DNA of 63,883 nucleotides, filler included, from Octopus bimaculoides (lineage: Eukaryota): the NCBI RefSeq assembly GCF_001194135.2. It is 7 parts of 7 records of this genome, joined end to end, with 100 filler letters (N's around TTAATTAATTAA, not from the genome) between each part and the next. Parts side by side here need not be neighbours in the genome. Positions count along the whole stretch, not along the records: positions 16,366 to 45,402 come from NC_069000.1; 6 more parts are not named here. One strand, 5' to 3'. The position numbers and the translations under genes are program-made. Below are positions 22,688-36,566 of this stretch, piece by piece. Each line of letters opens with the position of its first letter. Position 1 is the first letter of the stretch. Below the pieces are notes generated by a model that searched no databases, had not been told where the DNA came from, and worked only from the letters and a program-made list of their open reading frames with translations.

Positions 22688-24899
22688 GTATATAGATATA
22701 TGTATATGCTTGTATATGAATAATAAATCTCTTATTATGATAAGTCCCTTGTCATTGTGGTAAGAAGGTATATAGCCACACATATATGTGTTTATATGGA
22801 TATACAGTCTCTCTTTCTAACACACACACACACACACACATTCATACATGCATACATATATATATATATATNNNNNNNNNNNNNNNNNNNNNNNNNNNNN
22901 NNNNNNNNNNNNNNNNNNNNNNNNNNNNNNNNNNNNNNNNNNNNNNNNNNNNNNNNNNNNNNNNNNNNNNNNNNNNNNNNNNNNNNNNNNNNNNNNNNNN
23001 NNNNNNNNNNNNNNNNNNNNNNNNNNNNNNNNNNNNNNNNNNNNNNNNNNNNNNNNNNNNNNNNNNNNNNNNNNNNNNNNNNNNNNNNNNNNNNNNNNNN
23101 NNNNNNNNNNNNNNNNNNNNNNNNNNNNNNNNNNNNNNNNNNNNNNNNNNNNNNNNNNNNNNNNNNNNNNNNNNNNNNNNNNNNNNNNNNNNNNNNNNNN
23201 NNNNNNNNNNNNNNNNNNNNNNNNNNNNNNNNNNNNNNNNNNNNNNNNNNNNNNNNNNNNNNNNNNNNNNNNNNNNNNNNNNNNNNNNNNNNNNNNNNNN
23301 NNNNNNNNNNNNNNNNNNNNNNNNNNNNATATATATAACAATGAGGAAATATGAGAAAAAGGAACAAGAAGAAAAAGAAACCCGAAGAAGTTTCATGCAA
23401 AAGGGAGAACGAGAAGAACGAAAAGAAATGTAAGAAAACTAAGACCTCCCTCTATTTTGTCCGTAGGAAGGGGACGCAGTACTTGGTGTTCTTACTTTTC
23501 TTTTCCTCCTTTTCGTTCCACGTTTTGTATCAACCCTCTTCGCGTCCTGGTTCTTAAATACATTTAATGATACGCAATGAAAACTTATTTAATACTAAGA
23601 CTGCACTAGGTATGACGAAAAGGCAACTGAGTGTCAGAGTCGAACTTGGGAGTTTCGCTTCTAATTAACGAACAATTCATTAGAAATTATTAACCTCACT
23701 TCACACTGTAGATTGAGCCGTAGAGTTACTCATTTATTCAAATTATGACACGAGATTGACGGCCAGACGATAAAACGAATTACATAGACATACGGCTTAT
23801 ATCCATTTATTTATTCATAGTCTACGCGGCTTTAGAATTCCAGTAATTATTATCAGGACACCAACTTTGAACCGTTTTGCAAATGAGATATGTCGAGTAT
23901 ATTTTGTTTTAATATTTGAATATATTATATAATTCTTTGCTCTTTTCGTTATTTAGAAACAACGCATGAATTTCTTCTCCTTTTGGCAGACAGATTCTGT
24001 TCCAAACATTACGGACATCCTTTTATAATGTTACAAGAAATTAACCCTTTGCCAGTCAAATGCATGTTCATAATATTGTCTCAAACGTCCATCTTTTTCC
24101 GTTTCATACGTTTTGAGTAGTGTAAAGGTTTCGTTTCATAACTTTTCTGTGGCGCTTTAAAAAAATGGGTACGTGTACCCTATTTGAGGCATGGCTGCCA
24201 CAGAAATAATGTATTGTGCATCACGTGGGGAAAAGGCAAGCAAAGAGTTAAAAGTATTAGTTTTATTCCTGAAAACACAGTTGCATACCAACGTTACAAA
24301 CAGACTTTATCAAAATTGTTTTGTAAGGTTATTAAACGTACGTATGTATACTGTGTATGTGTGTATATGTGTGTCCGTGTACGCGTGTGTGTGTTTCAGT
24401 GTATGTGTGTGAACAATTGTGTTGGTTTCTGAAGGGAATTTTTCCACTTATTTAACCCTTTCGTTACTGTATTTATTTTGAGATTCTCTGTGTTTCTTTC
24501 AATTAATTCCAAATATAACACAGAATTTAGTAAAATAACTTAGTTATCATTCAGCTAGTGTTAGGAACATAAATTGAGGCTAAGGTTTTCATTATGAAAA
24601 CAAGACATTTGTACTACAGAGTCAGAGGCGGTTTCAGCCTGGTTGGTTGGTAACAAAATTTTCTACATCTGGATAATAACTGACAGAATAATACAACGAC
24701 TAAAATTAAATTGACCACGTGTAATATGGGTGATTTCAACCACCCTAGAGAAAAAGACCCTTCGGCAGCCAAGTAGCATGACAAATGACAAAACATAACA
24801 AAGCAGATTCAACCACTCCAAGAAAAAGTTCCCTTATTTCTTTCTCCCTCTCTTTCTTCCCTCTCTTGTTCTTCCTCTAACCCAGCATCAAACAATTCA

Positions 24900-24940
<41 letters not shown>

Positions 24941-25300
24941 TATCTATATAAATATATATTACGGAGGTGTACTTGCATAAACAATTCCAGCGTCGAAGGT
25001 ATGTATAAGCCATTTAAAAACACAAAAACCGTTAGATTGACTTCAACATTTAAATTTAATTTGCCAGAATATTTTCGTCACTTTGACACCACGACCTATT
25101 CACTGACAAAATTCCGTGCTGGNNNNNNNNNNNNNNNNNNNNNNNNNNNNNNNNNNNNNNNNNNNNNNNNNNNNNNNNNNNNNNNNNNNNNNNNNNNNNN
25201 NNNNNNNNNNNNNNNNNNNNNNNNNNNNNNNNNNNNNNNNNNNNNNNNNNNNNNNNNNNNNNNNNNNNNNNNNNNNNNNNNNNNNNNNNNNNNNNNNNNN

Positions 25301-25383
<83 letters not shown>

Positions 25384-25538
25384 TGTATATATGTATGTGT
25401 GTGTATATATAAGGCATACATTTTGCGTGAAGAAAATCATTCATGATAAATCTCTCAGAGCGCTAAATAAATAATTAGCCAAAATTCTGAACACCTCCGT
25501 TTCTAATAAGTGTATGCGTTTGTGTTGTTGTTGTTGCT

Positions 25539-25593
<55 letters not shown>

Positions 25594-28568
25594 AACTTAA
25601 CATAGTGCAAGCCTGTTCTCCAAAGTGTGATACTCATAACGGTCTGACAGCCTATACACACACACATATATATATGTACCCACACGTTTGTGTATATATG
25701 TGCGTATACATCATTTTGCCACGTATATTTCCGTATATATATATATCTATACATCTATATACATAGGTGTGTAATGCGATCGAACTTGATTCTTCTGTAG
25801 CATTTTTTCCTCATCCTTCCATAGTATTCGTTTATCACAACCAGCTCAGATACGGAATTCTGTCTTCATGCTTCTTTAATAAGTTTCTTGTCAGATCTGA
25901 CAGGATAGAATAAACATTGAGGTTATATAATATATACACCTAATACGGTATATGTATTTCAACCGACATATTTCCACCATATGTAAAAACTAACATGGCT
26001 TCCATTCAAGTACCGCGCACCTAGGAAATATGAAGACACGGAAATGCTATTAAATATTTTGAAATTCTTTATATGGATATATGTGTTTCGGTGAGTGTGA
26101 GCTTTTATATGTCTATTACTTATATGTATATACATCTTTCTTTCTTCCTAGTTATCTATCGAGTTGTGTGCGTGTGTATGTGTGTATATATGTATATATA
26201 TGTATATATATANNNNNNNNNNNNNNNNNNNNNNNNNNNNNNNNNNNNNNNNNNNNNNNNNNNNNNNNNNNNNNNNNNNNNNNNNNNNNNNNNNNNNNNN
26301 NNNNNNNNNNNNNNNNNNNNNNNNNNNNNNNNNNNNNNNNNNNNNNNNNNNNNNNNNNNNNNNNNNNNNNNNNNNNNNNNNNNNNNNNNNNNNNNNNNNN
26401 NNNNNNNNNNNNNNNNNNNNNNNNNNNNNNNNNNNNNNNNNNNNNNNNNNNNNNNNNNNNNNNNNNNNNNNNNNNNNNNNNNNNNNNNNNNNNNNNNNNN
26501 NNNNNNNNNNNNNNNNNNNNNNNNNNNNNNNNNNNNNNNNNNNNNNNNNNNNNNNNNNNNNNNNNNNNNNNNNNNNNNNNNNNNNNNNNNNNNNNNNNNN
26601 NNNNNNNNNNNNNNNNNNNNNNNNNNNNNNNNNNNNNNNNNNNNNNNNNNNNNNNNNNNNNNNNNNNNNNNNNNNNNNNNNNNNNNNNNNNNNNNNNNNN
26701 NNNNNNNNNNNNNNNNNNNNNNNNNNNNNNNNNNNNNNNNNNNNNNNNNNNNNNNNNATATATATATATATATACATAAATACCTACACACAACCCACTC
26801 ACGCATAATTGCTTACAGGTTCGCGAAATCGCGATTTCGCTCCCAGGCCTAGGTGGAGCAATCTATTGTCGAGCGAAGAGACAAAAGAAACATAAAAAAA
26901 ATCATTTCCCGTTGCTCTGCGATCCCTTCGGCACCTAACGTGTGTCACACCGATCACCTGTTCAAGCAACATCGATTTGATGGAGGAAATGGTCTAATGT
27001 ACAGCACAAACATTTGATCGCTATAAACAAAGAGACTACAGAATTCTCGTCTGTCGTCTGCGACAGGAGAGCCCAATATATCTGATTATTTTCACCTTCT
27101 GGTTTAAATCAAACACGATATACTTGTAAAATCAGTGTGTTTCTTCTTTTCACAGAACCAACATTAATTTATCAACAACTGATCAATCTTATTGAACACA
27201 ATTTCTCATTTCCGTTCTCTAAAATATATTCCATCTTACCATAGCCAGATTGACAGGTCACGTCTATTAATCACAAATGGAGGTGAATAAATAACGCTAT
27301 TTCCTTAACTTTATTCCATTGAAATGAGTCTCAGACATTTCAAAACCGAACACTTTCTAGCTACGATAAGGGAATTAACGATTCCACTATAAATAACCTG
27401 ACACTGAAGAATGAAAAAAATATACTATTGTAACATTTTGCTGAGAAGTATTATGGCAAACAAATGTCATTTCCTGGGCTAGTATGCCGGATTAGGAAAA
27501 GAATATGGAATATTTTCTTTTAATTCCACCATTGATTTTAATTGATTATTCAAATAAATAATGTTTGTAATTTATAATCCTTTTCTTCTTTGATTTATTT
27601 CATTTATAGTGGATCGCCATATTAGGAAAACATACCAAGGGTTTAGTCTATTGTAACAAACCAGTTCATATTTTACGAGAATATGTGTTTCCCGGACAAC
27701 ATGTTATAACCTTGACGATGTATGGTGGTGTGGTCTGTCGATAGGTACTAAAACTTTGGTATCTATCTATCTATATTTTTAACTTCTTTGAAATTAACAA
27801 AAAAAATCCAGTAAGTCTTAACAAATGTTTAAATTTTGTTTTGCTATTAATTATGATATTAGTAAATTTAATGAAGCATATTGCACTGAAGAGGAGAATA
27901 AATGTTGAAACAGCCTGGTTGCAAGTATTGAGATAATAGAAAAAATAAGAACAAAAACCGAAATATAAATTTGAAATAAATAAGTTTTAAAATGTCTACT
28001 TAATTTCCGTAAAGCAGATAAAATACCACATAGGAAACATACACACACACACACAGAGAAGCATATACATANNNNNNNNNNNNNNNNNNNNNNNNNNNNN
28101 NNNNNNNNNNNNNNNNNNNNNNNNNNNNNNNNNNNNNNNNNNNNNNNNNNNNNNNNNNNNNNNNNNNNNNNNNNNNNNNNNNNNNNNNNNNNNNNNNNNN
28201 NNNNNNNNNNNNNNNNNNNNNNNNNNNNNNNNNNNNNNNNNNNNNNNNNNNNNNNNNNNNNNNNNNNNNNNNNNNNNNNNNNNNNNNNNNNNNNNNNNNN
28301 NNNNNNNNNNNNNNNNNNNNNNNNNNNNNNNNNNNNNNNNNNNNNNNNNNNNNNNNNNNNNNNNNNNNNNNNNNNNNNNNNNNNNNNNNNNNNNNNNNNN
28401 NNNNNNNNNNNNNNNNNNNNNNNNNNNNNNNNNNNNNNNNNNNNNNNNNNNNNNNNNNNNNNNNNNNNNNNNNNNNNNNNNNNNNNNNNNNNNNNNNNNN
28501 NNNNNNNNNNNNNNNNNNNNNNNNNNNNNNNNNNNNNNNNNNNNNNNNNNNNNNNNNNNNNNNNNNNN

Positions 28569-28600
<32 letters not shown>

Positions 28601-29471
28601 CATATATATATACATACACACACATATATATATACACGTATACACAAACACACACACATGAATATATGTATATATATATATATACTTATGAACATACATA
28701 TGTATATATATTACTAACCATGTGTAAACAATACGCAAATGTGAATATAGCTATATACATATATACACACACACGTACATGCATACATGTCTATAGTTTC
28801 TTGAAGAGGGAAGCCGACTTACTCTAGTATTCTCCTTCAGACATATCTAAAGACTTTGATGTCTGCATAAATACATGCAGACACGCGGACATGTCTGCTA
28901 TTGAAATCAGTAAGGCGAAGAGATAGTGAATGAGTCGGGAGAAAGACGAATGAAATTTAATAAACTCGGCGTGCTTACATCATTGCTAAAGTTGCAGTCA
29001 CGGAAAATGCAAATAATTAATAGAGCAATTACGTAAGAGATATTCAGAAATGTCGGGGGGAGGGGGTAACTGAGAAAGGGAGAGAGTGAAAAAGTGGGTG
29101 AGAGAACGGTGGGGGGGGGGGTAGAAAAAAGAGAGACGAAGAGGAAAGAGTGAAATGGGAGCAAAAACATGAGAATTGAACATGATAGCGGTGAAGAAAG
29201 AGAGGGAGAGAAAGGAAAAGCATGAGAGGATGAGGGAAAACAATTGGAAGGAACAAAACAAACAACAGGAAATATGAAGAGGTAGGGCCATCGTGTTCTT
29301 TCCTATTTGTGTGTATGTGTGTGTGTGCGTGTAAGTGTGTGTGAAGATACGGAAAGAATAGGAAGAGAAGGAGTTCGGGCAATAAAGAACACATCTGACG
29401 AAGTAATTATCGCAATCAAATATGCACACACACACACACACACACATCCATGTATACATATAGAAATATGC

Positions 29472-29502
<31 letters not shown>

Positions 29503-30241
29503 NNNNNNNNNNNNNNNNNNNNNNNNNNNNNNNNNNNNNNNNNNNNNNNNNNNNNNNNNNNNNNNNNNNNNNNNNNNNNNNNNNNNNNNNNNNNNNNNNN
29601 NNNNNNNNNNNNNNNNNNNNNNNNNNNNNNNNNNNNNNNNNNNNNNNNNNNNNNNNNNNNNNNNNNNNNNNNNNNNNNNNNNNNNNNNNNNNNNNNNNNN
29701 NNNNNNNNNNNNNNNNNNNNNNNNNNNNNATATATATATATATATACCTGTGACTCTGGCGAGGCTGTATGGAGGCGCAGGCGGGGCTGCGTGGTAAGAG
29801 GTTCGGTGGTACGTTGGAATCTGTAAGCATTTACTCCGCTACAAGATATTTGACCGGTTCCATTTTTTTTTAATTGCATAAGGGGCCAATTTCATGCAAG
29901 ACAATATTTCCATGGACTAAGGGGTAGAGATACATATACATATATGAATACAGAGATGTGTATGTATGTATGTATGTATGTATGTATGTATGTATGTATA
30001 TATGTATGTGTGTGTGTATCCAGGTATTTATCTCATCAAGCCTTTCTACGAATGTTAGCTATCCGAATATTGAAAATCGGAAAGTGTCATTTCATTACGA
30101 TGTTATAGCCCCCAGTAAACTGAAAATCCACATAACATCCATGGAGTCTTTAAAATTAAATCGAGGAATGGATTTAGCAAATGCCTTTCACTAAATTCTA
30201 GATAGAAAGACAGACAGACAGATATATAGATAGATGGATTT

Positions 30242-30281
<40 letters not shown>

Positions 30282-30828
30282 AGAAACAGAGGGGTAGAGA
30301 GAAAGACAAAGAGAATATGTGTGAGAAACAGAGAGGAGAATGTAATAGGTATATGTCTGTCGATTGTAGGACTCTTTCCTGTGTGGTGTGTGTCTATATA
30401 TATATATATATATGTATGTATGTGTGTGGGGAAACTAGGTTGTGTAGGTGTGTATAAGTGTACGAGCGAAGTTGTCTTTTCACACTCCTTTCAAGACGTT
30501 AGATTGTGTGAGGATCTGGGGGAGTTTTGCGCTATTATTGTTGAAGCACATGAATAGAAATCGTCTCGTTGCTGCCTACTGCTTGATATGTTCGATATGA
30601 TGGTGTAAGCATCATCTTGTGAATGATAAAAAGGTTATATATATATATACATATATATACATATACATATGTATGCATATATGTGTATATCACACTTTCG
30701 TTTCGTTAATCTTGCAGGCACTTCTGTAGCTAGAATGCATATCACGAGTTGCTTATGACATTTTGACATTGTGAACGAAATCTAAGGGAGAGATTATTGG
30801 AATTCAATTTCTGTTTCTGTTACTCCGC

Positions 30829-30917
<89 letters not shown>

Positions 30918-32406
30918 CTTATTATTATTTTATTTTTATTATTGTTTTTATTTTTATNNNNNNNNNNNNNNNNNNNNNNNNNNNNNNNNNNNNNNNNNNN
31001 NNNNNNNNNNNNNNNNNNNNNNNNNNNNNNNNNNNNNNNNNNNNNNNNNNNNNNNNNNNNNNNNNNNNNNNNNNNNNNNNNNNNNNNNNNNNNNNNNNNN
31101 NNNNNNNNNNNNNNNNNNNNNNNNNNNNNNNNNNNNNNNNNNNNNNNNNNNNNNNNNNNNNNNNNNNNNNNNNNNNNNNNNNNNNNNNNNNNNNNNNNNN
31201 NNNNNNNNNNNNNNNNNNNNNNNNNNNNNNNNNNNNNNNNNNNNNNNNNNNNNNNNNNNNNNNNNNNNNNNNNNNNNNNNNNNNNNNNNNNNNNNNNNNN
31301 NNNNNNNNNNNNNNNNNNNNNNNNNNNNNNNNNNNNNNNNNNNNNNNNNNNNNNNNNNNNNNNNNNNNNNNNNNNNNNNNNNNNNNNNNNNNNNNNNNNN
31401 NNNNNNNNNNNNNNNNNNNNNNNNNNNNNNNNNNNNNNNNNNNNNNNNNNNNNNNNNNNNNNNNNNNNNNNNNNNNNNNNNNNNNNNNNNNNNNNNNNNN
31501 NNNNNNNNNNNNNNNNNNNNNNNNNNNNNNNNNNNNNNNNNNNNNNNNNNNNNNNNNNNNNNNNNNNNNNNNNNNNNNNNNNNNNNNNNNNNNNNNNNNN
31601 NNNNNNNNNNNNNNNNNNNNNNNNNNNNNNNNNNNNNNNNNNNNNNNNNNNNNNNNNNNNNNNNNNNTATATATATATATATGTATGTATGCATGTATGT
31701 ATATATTATATGCATATGTGACAAATAGGTAAATAAATAAAAACAGAAAGCAGAAAGAAAAATAGAAAGAAAATGCTATTTGACACTACGTTTCTGTATG
31801 ATCTGCATGAAACACGGGAAACCAATTCTTATATTCGGATTTTAGTAAAATAAAAACAAAACAAGAATATTTCTATCAACGGGAATGAAAGCTGGTACAC
31901 AAAAGTTTAGCTGTGCAGTTGAGCTATTCAAAATTGCATTGCTTTATGCTCTCTATTTATTTCATGGGAAAACTTCGATATATATTAAGAAAAAAATGAA
32001 GTTCACACTTGATGAACAAGTGTTATTTTTTGTGGCAGTTGTGTTTCTTTTTTTTTTTCTTAGGTTTTCCTGCATATTTGAGCACAAAGAGATCAGGCTT
32101 TCAAAGTTTCAAAGTTCACGCTTAAGCCTAACATATGAATCTACAAAACAAAACTCGCATCAGGAATGACACCGAATATATATATCTGCGACATTTGCAA
32201 TTTACGCGTTTGTCTTGAAAAAAAATGCGAAGAAAAAATATGCGGAAAATATATATATAAGCATTTCAATCTTGGCAGCAATATCGGATTATGTAACGGA
32301 TCTGCTAACTGAAATTCTGTACACCCACCTCTATTTTATGTGTGTATGTGTTATTTATTTACTACCCACAAGGGGCTACACACAGAGGGGACAAACNNNN
32401 NNNNNN

Positions 32407-32443
<37 letters not shown>

Positions 32444-32568
32444 CTTATTATTATTTTATTTTTATTATTGTTTTTATTTTTATTATTAATGTACTTTCAA
32501 CAATTTCTTGAGAGATTTTGCTACACCGTTTGCTGCAATTTGTTGTTTATTTTATTATTATCATTTTA

Positions 32569-32641
<73 letters not shown>

Positions 32642-33879
32642 GTCTAATATTAATACTACTACTAATATTGTTATTACAAATATCATTATTATTAGCTGCT
32701 GCTGTTCTTTCGTAGCTGTTGTCCTTTTTGCTGGCTGTAACTAACATATACAATTTCGTAAACATTTCGGCATAGAAATGCAAAACTAAAATAAAATATA
32801 ATACTATTGAAATACAATAAATGAAACAGTAGAAAGTGGTTTCAAAGTGATACATGTATACATACATATATGCATACATACATACATATATATATATANN
32901 NNNNNNNNNNNNNNNNNNNNNNNNNNNNNNNNNNNNNNNNNNNNNNNNNNNNNNNNNNNNNNNNNNNNNNNNNNNNNNNNNNNNNNNNNNNNNNNNNNNN
33001 NNNNNNNNNNNNNNNNNNNNNNNNNNNNNNNNNNNNNNNNNNNNNNNNNNNNNNNNNNNNNNNNNNNNNNNNNNNNNNNNNNNNNNNNNNNNNNNNNNNN
33101 NNNNNNNNNNNNNNNNNNNNNNNNNNNNNNNNNNNNNNNNNNNNNNNNNNNNNNNNNNNNNNNNNNNNNNNNNNNNNNNNNNNNNNNNNNNNNNNNNNNN
33201 NNNNNNNNNNNNNNNNNNNNNNNNNNNNNNNNNNNNNNNNNNNNNNNNNNNNNNNNNNNNNNNNNNNNNNNNNNNNNNNNNNNNNNNNNNNNNNNNNNNN
33301 NNNNNNNNNNNNNNNNNNNNNNNNNNNNNNNNNNNNNNNNNNNNNNNNNNNNNNNNNNNNNNNNNNNNNNNNNNNNNNNNNNNNNNNNNNNNNNNNNNNN
33401 NNNNNNNNNNNNNNNNNNNNNNNNNNNNNNNNNNNNNNNNNNNNNNNNNNNNNNNNNNNNNNNNNNNNNNNNNNNNNNNNNNNNNNNNNNNNNNNNNNNN
33501 NNNNNNNNNNNNNNNNNNNNNNNNNNNNNNNNNNNNNNNNNNNNNNNNNNNNNNNNNNNNNNNNNNNNNNNNNNNNNNNNNNNNNNNNNNNNNNNNNNNN
33601 NNNNNNNNNNNNNNNNNNNNNNNNNNNNNNNNNNNNNNNNNNNNNNNNNNNNNNNNNNNNNNNNNNNNNNNNNNNNNNNNNNNNNNNNNNNNNNNNNNNN
33701 NNNNNNNNNNNNNNNNNNNNNNNNNNNNNNNNNNNNNNNNNNNNNNNNNNNNNNNNNNNNNNNNNNNNNNNNNNNNNNNNNNNNNNNNNNNNNNNNNNNN
33801 NNNNNNNNNNNNNNNNNNNNNNNNNNNNNNNNNNNNNNNNNNNNNNNNNNNNNNNNNNNNNNACAAGGACAAACAAACG

Positions 33880-34052
33880 GATTAAGTCGATTATACCGAC
33901 CCCAGTGCGTAACTGGTACTTATTTGATCGACCCCGAAAGGATGAAAGGCAAAGTTGACCTCGGCTGAATTTGAACTCAGAACGTAGCGGCAGACGAAAT
34001 ACCGCTAAGCATTTCGCCCGGCGTGCTAACGTTTCTGCCAGTTCGCCGCCTT
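33880..34052 (-). mobile_element. Family B SINE
   Basis: CCCCGAAAGGATGAAAGGCAAAGTTGACCTCGGC.GAATTTGAACTCAGAACGTA...GCATTTCGCCCGGCGTGCTAACG. Confidence 0.85.
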
Positions 34053-34056
34053 ATGT

Positions 34057-34101
<45 letters not shown>

Positions 34102-34753
34102 AGTGTCTGTGTGTGCCTGTGTGTCTGTCTGTCTGTCTGTCTGTGTATGTGCGTGTGTGTGCATCTATTGTTTTAACGAATATAAAAAAATATACGTTAC
34201 ACGACAAAAACATTTTCTTTCGGTCGAGTGGTTAGTTGTATTCACTATATCAAACGTTGACAAAAATAGAAGACTTTCATCACCACTGAGTAAGACTGAA
34301 CCCGGAATCATGTAACTGGGAAGCGAACTACCACACAACCACGCCTGAGCCTATGTCTTGCAATGCATAAGCAGTAGTACACGCAACTGAAGTCGTATGT
34401 ACTTTACCTACAACGAATAATCAAAAATACTTCACGTAAGCATAAGAGAAGATACATTGAAATAACGTTAAAATAACCAAATTCGAAAATGTTATAATAT
34501 AAAGAAAAATATGAAAAGAAACATCAAGTTACATACGGGAACTAAGCAACGTAATATCCGAAATACTGAGAAACTTTTCATCCATTGCAGTATTTAAGCG
34601 TGTACAAAATATTGTCAGACAAATTTCTAAAACATGAACACCACAAGAGGCACATGAGATAGTACTGATGAAAATAGCTCTTGTAAATTCTATGTGTGTA
34701 TGTATATTTATCTATCTACCTATCTGTCTATCTATATATCTATTATCTATCTA

Positions 34754-34787
<34 letters not shown>

Positions 34788-34789
<2 letters not shown>

Positions 34790-34985
34790 GAGAATATACA
34801 AAAAATAACAACAGACGAGGACAGGTGGTGTAAATAACAAAAGTATATATTAGTATGACGCTCGGGAATACGGAAAGTCTTTGACGTTTCGAGCTACGCT
34901 CTTCAACAGAAAGAATACGGAGACAAGGAGAAAAACACGGAGAAAAAAAATTGAATAGTGTTCAGTCAACGGTCAATCATAATAT
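34788..34985 (-). mobile_element. Short dispersed repeat (Penelope pseudo-LTR-like) next to (TA)n
   Basis: Reverse-complement homolog of 50444-50657; both end in TTCTCCC followed by TA and carry a hammerhead-like motif. Confidence 0.7.
34878..34914 (-). ncRNA. Minimal type I hammerhead-ribozyme-like motif
   Basis: TCTTT-CTGTTGA-A-GAGC-GTA-GCTC-GAAAC-GTC-AAAGA: 5-bp stem I, CUGANGA-like core with A6>U, 4-bp stem II, GAAA, vestigial palindromic stem III (ACGT) and GUC triplet. Confidence 0.6.
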
Positions 34986-35100
34986 ATATATATATATATN
35001 NNNNNNNNNNNNNNNNNNNNNNNNNNNNNNNNNNNNNNNNNNNNNNNNNNNNNNNNNNNNNNNNNNNNNNNNNNNNNNNNNNNNNNNNNNNNNNNNNNNN

Positions 35101-35458
35101 CATTTGACTGCGACCATGCTGGAGCACTACCTTTAGTCGAGGAAATCGACCCCAGGACTTATTCTTTGTACGCCTAGTACTTATTCTATCGGTCTCTTTT
35201 TGCCGAACCGCTAAGTTACGGGGACGTAAACACACCAGCATCAGTTGTCAAGCGATGGTGGGGGGACAAACACAGACGCACAAACACACATACATATATA
35301 CGACGGGCTTCTTTTAGTTCCCGTCTACCAAATCCACTCACAAGGCTTTGGCCGGCCCGAGGCTATAGTAGAAAACACTTGCCCAAGGTGCCACGCAGTG
35401 GGACTGAACCTTAAACCATGTGGCTGGCAAGCAAGCCACCTACCACACAGCCACTCCT
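35101..35458 (-). mobile_element. Near full-length family A SINE
   Basis: Reverse complement of 9175-9508, extending into the tRNA-like head (GGGACTGAACC). Confidence 0.9.
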
Positions 35459-36521
35459 GATATATATATATATATTGTTGTGTCTGGGGAGAGTCATTCT
35501 ACTTTAGTGCCTTATTATTCAACACACTCACCGGTAAAGTTTCCACTCGTTTACTTATTTATTTTTTCCTAAAATTTTCGTTGCGTCTTCCAACCTTTTC
35601 AATGGTCGTTGATTCTGTCCGTTATCCGAGTTGCGTTCGTTTTGTTTGTTTGTGTGCATGTATGTTGATCGGTGTGTGTGTGCGTATATACATGTATGTA
35701 TATATGTATGTATGTATGCAAGTAAGTGAGTGTGTGTATGCATGTATGTGCGCGTGTATGTGCACGCATGTATATATGTATGTGCGTACGTTTGTATGTA
35801 TGTATTCTTCATATTCAAGGGTTTGTGTGTTCGTGTTGGTATGCTTTTATGTGTGTGCGTGTGTATGTGTATCTCTGTCTCCTTGTGTGTGCATATCTGA
35901 GTGTGTCTGTGTATGGGTTTTTGTGACTATGTACTGTGTCTGTACGTATGGATGTGTCTCTATATGTGTCTTTGTGTGTGTGTATATTGTCACGTATTTC
36001 AGTCTTTATTTGTGTATGTGTGTGTGTGCTTGTCCATATTACCTATGTACCTATCCGTGTGTATGTCTATCTGTTTACATTCATATCGATTTACCTACAT
36101 ATATATACATAAACATATACGTATATATACACATACACATACATCTACATAACAGCCCACTAACTATTCTACCTGTATATATATATANNNNNNNNNNNNN
36201 NNNNNNNNNNNNNNNNNNNNNNNNNNNNNNNNNNNNNNNNNNNNNNNNNNNNNNNNNNNNNNNNNNNNNNNNNNNNNNNNNNNNNNNNNNNNNNNNNNNN
36301 NNNNNNNNNNNNNNNNNNNNNNNNNNNNNNNNNNNNNNNNNNNNNNNNNNNNNNNNNNNNNNNNNNNNNNNNNNNNNNNNNNNNNNNNNNNNNNNNAACT
36401 GTGGGGGTAGGAAAAGAAAAGGGATCAGAAAAATAAGTGGTAGGAGAAAGAAAAGGAAAGAGAAAAAGAAAAGAGAACGAGAAAGAAAAAACAGAAAGAG
36501 AGAGAGGGGGAGAGAGAGAGG

Positions 36522-36566
<45 letters not shown>

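Noticed and set aside
24614-24796. 60-aa ORF with a TM-like stretch after a good acceptor
   Set aside because: No donor or homology recognised; T-rich sequence readily yields such stretches.
30880-32480. Repeated (GTT)n-CTTATTATTATTTTATTTTTATTATTG block
   Set aside because: Exact duplicate adjacent to gaps; probably a misassembly or redundant contig end.
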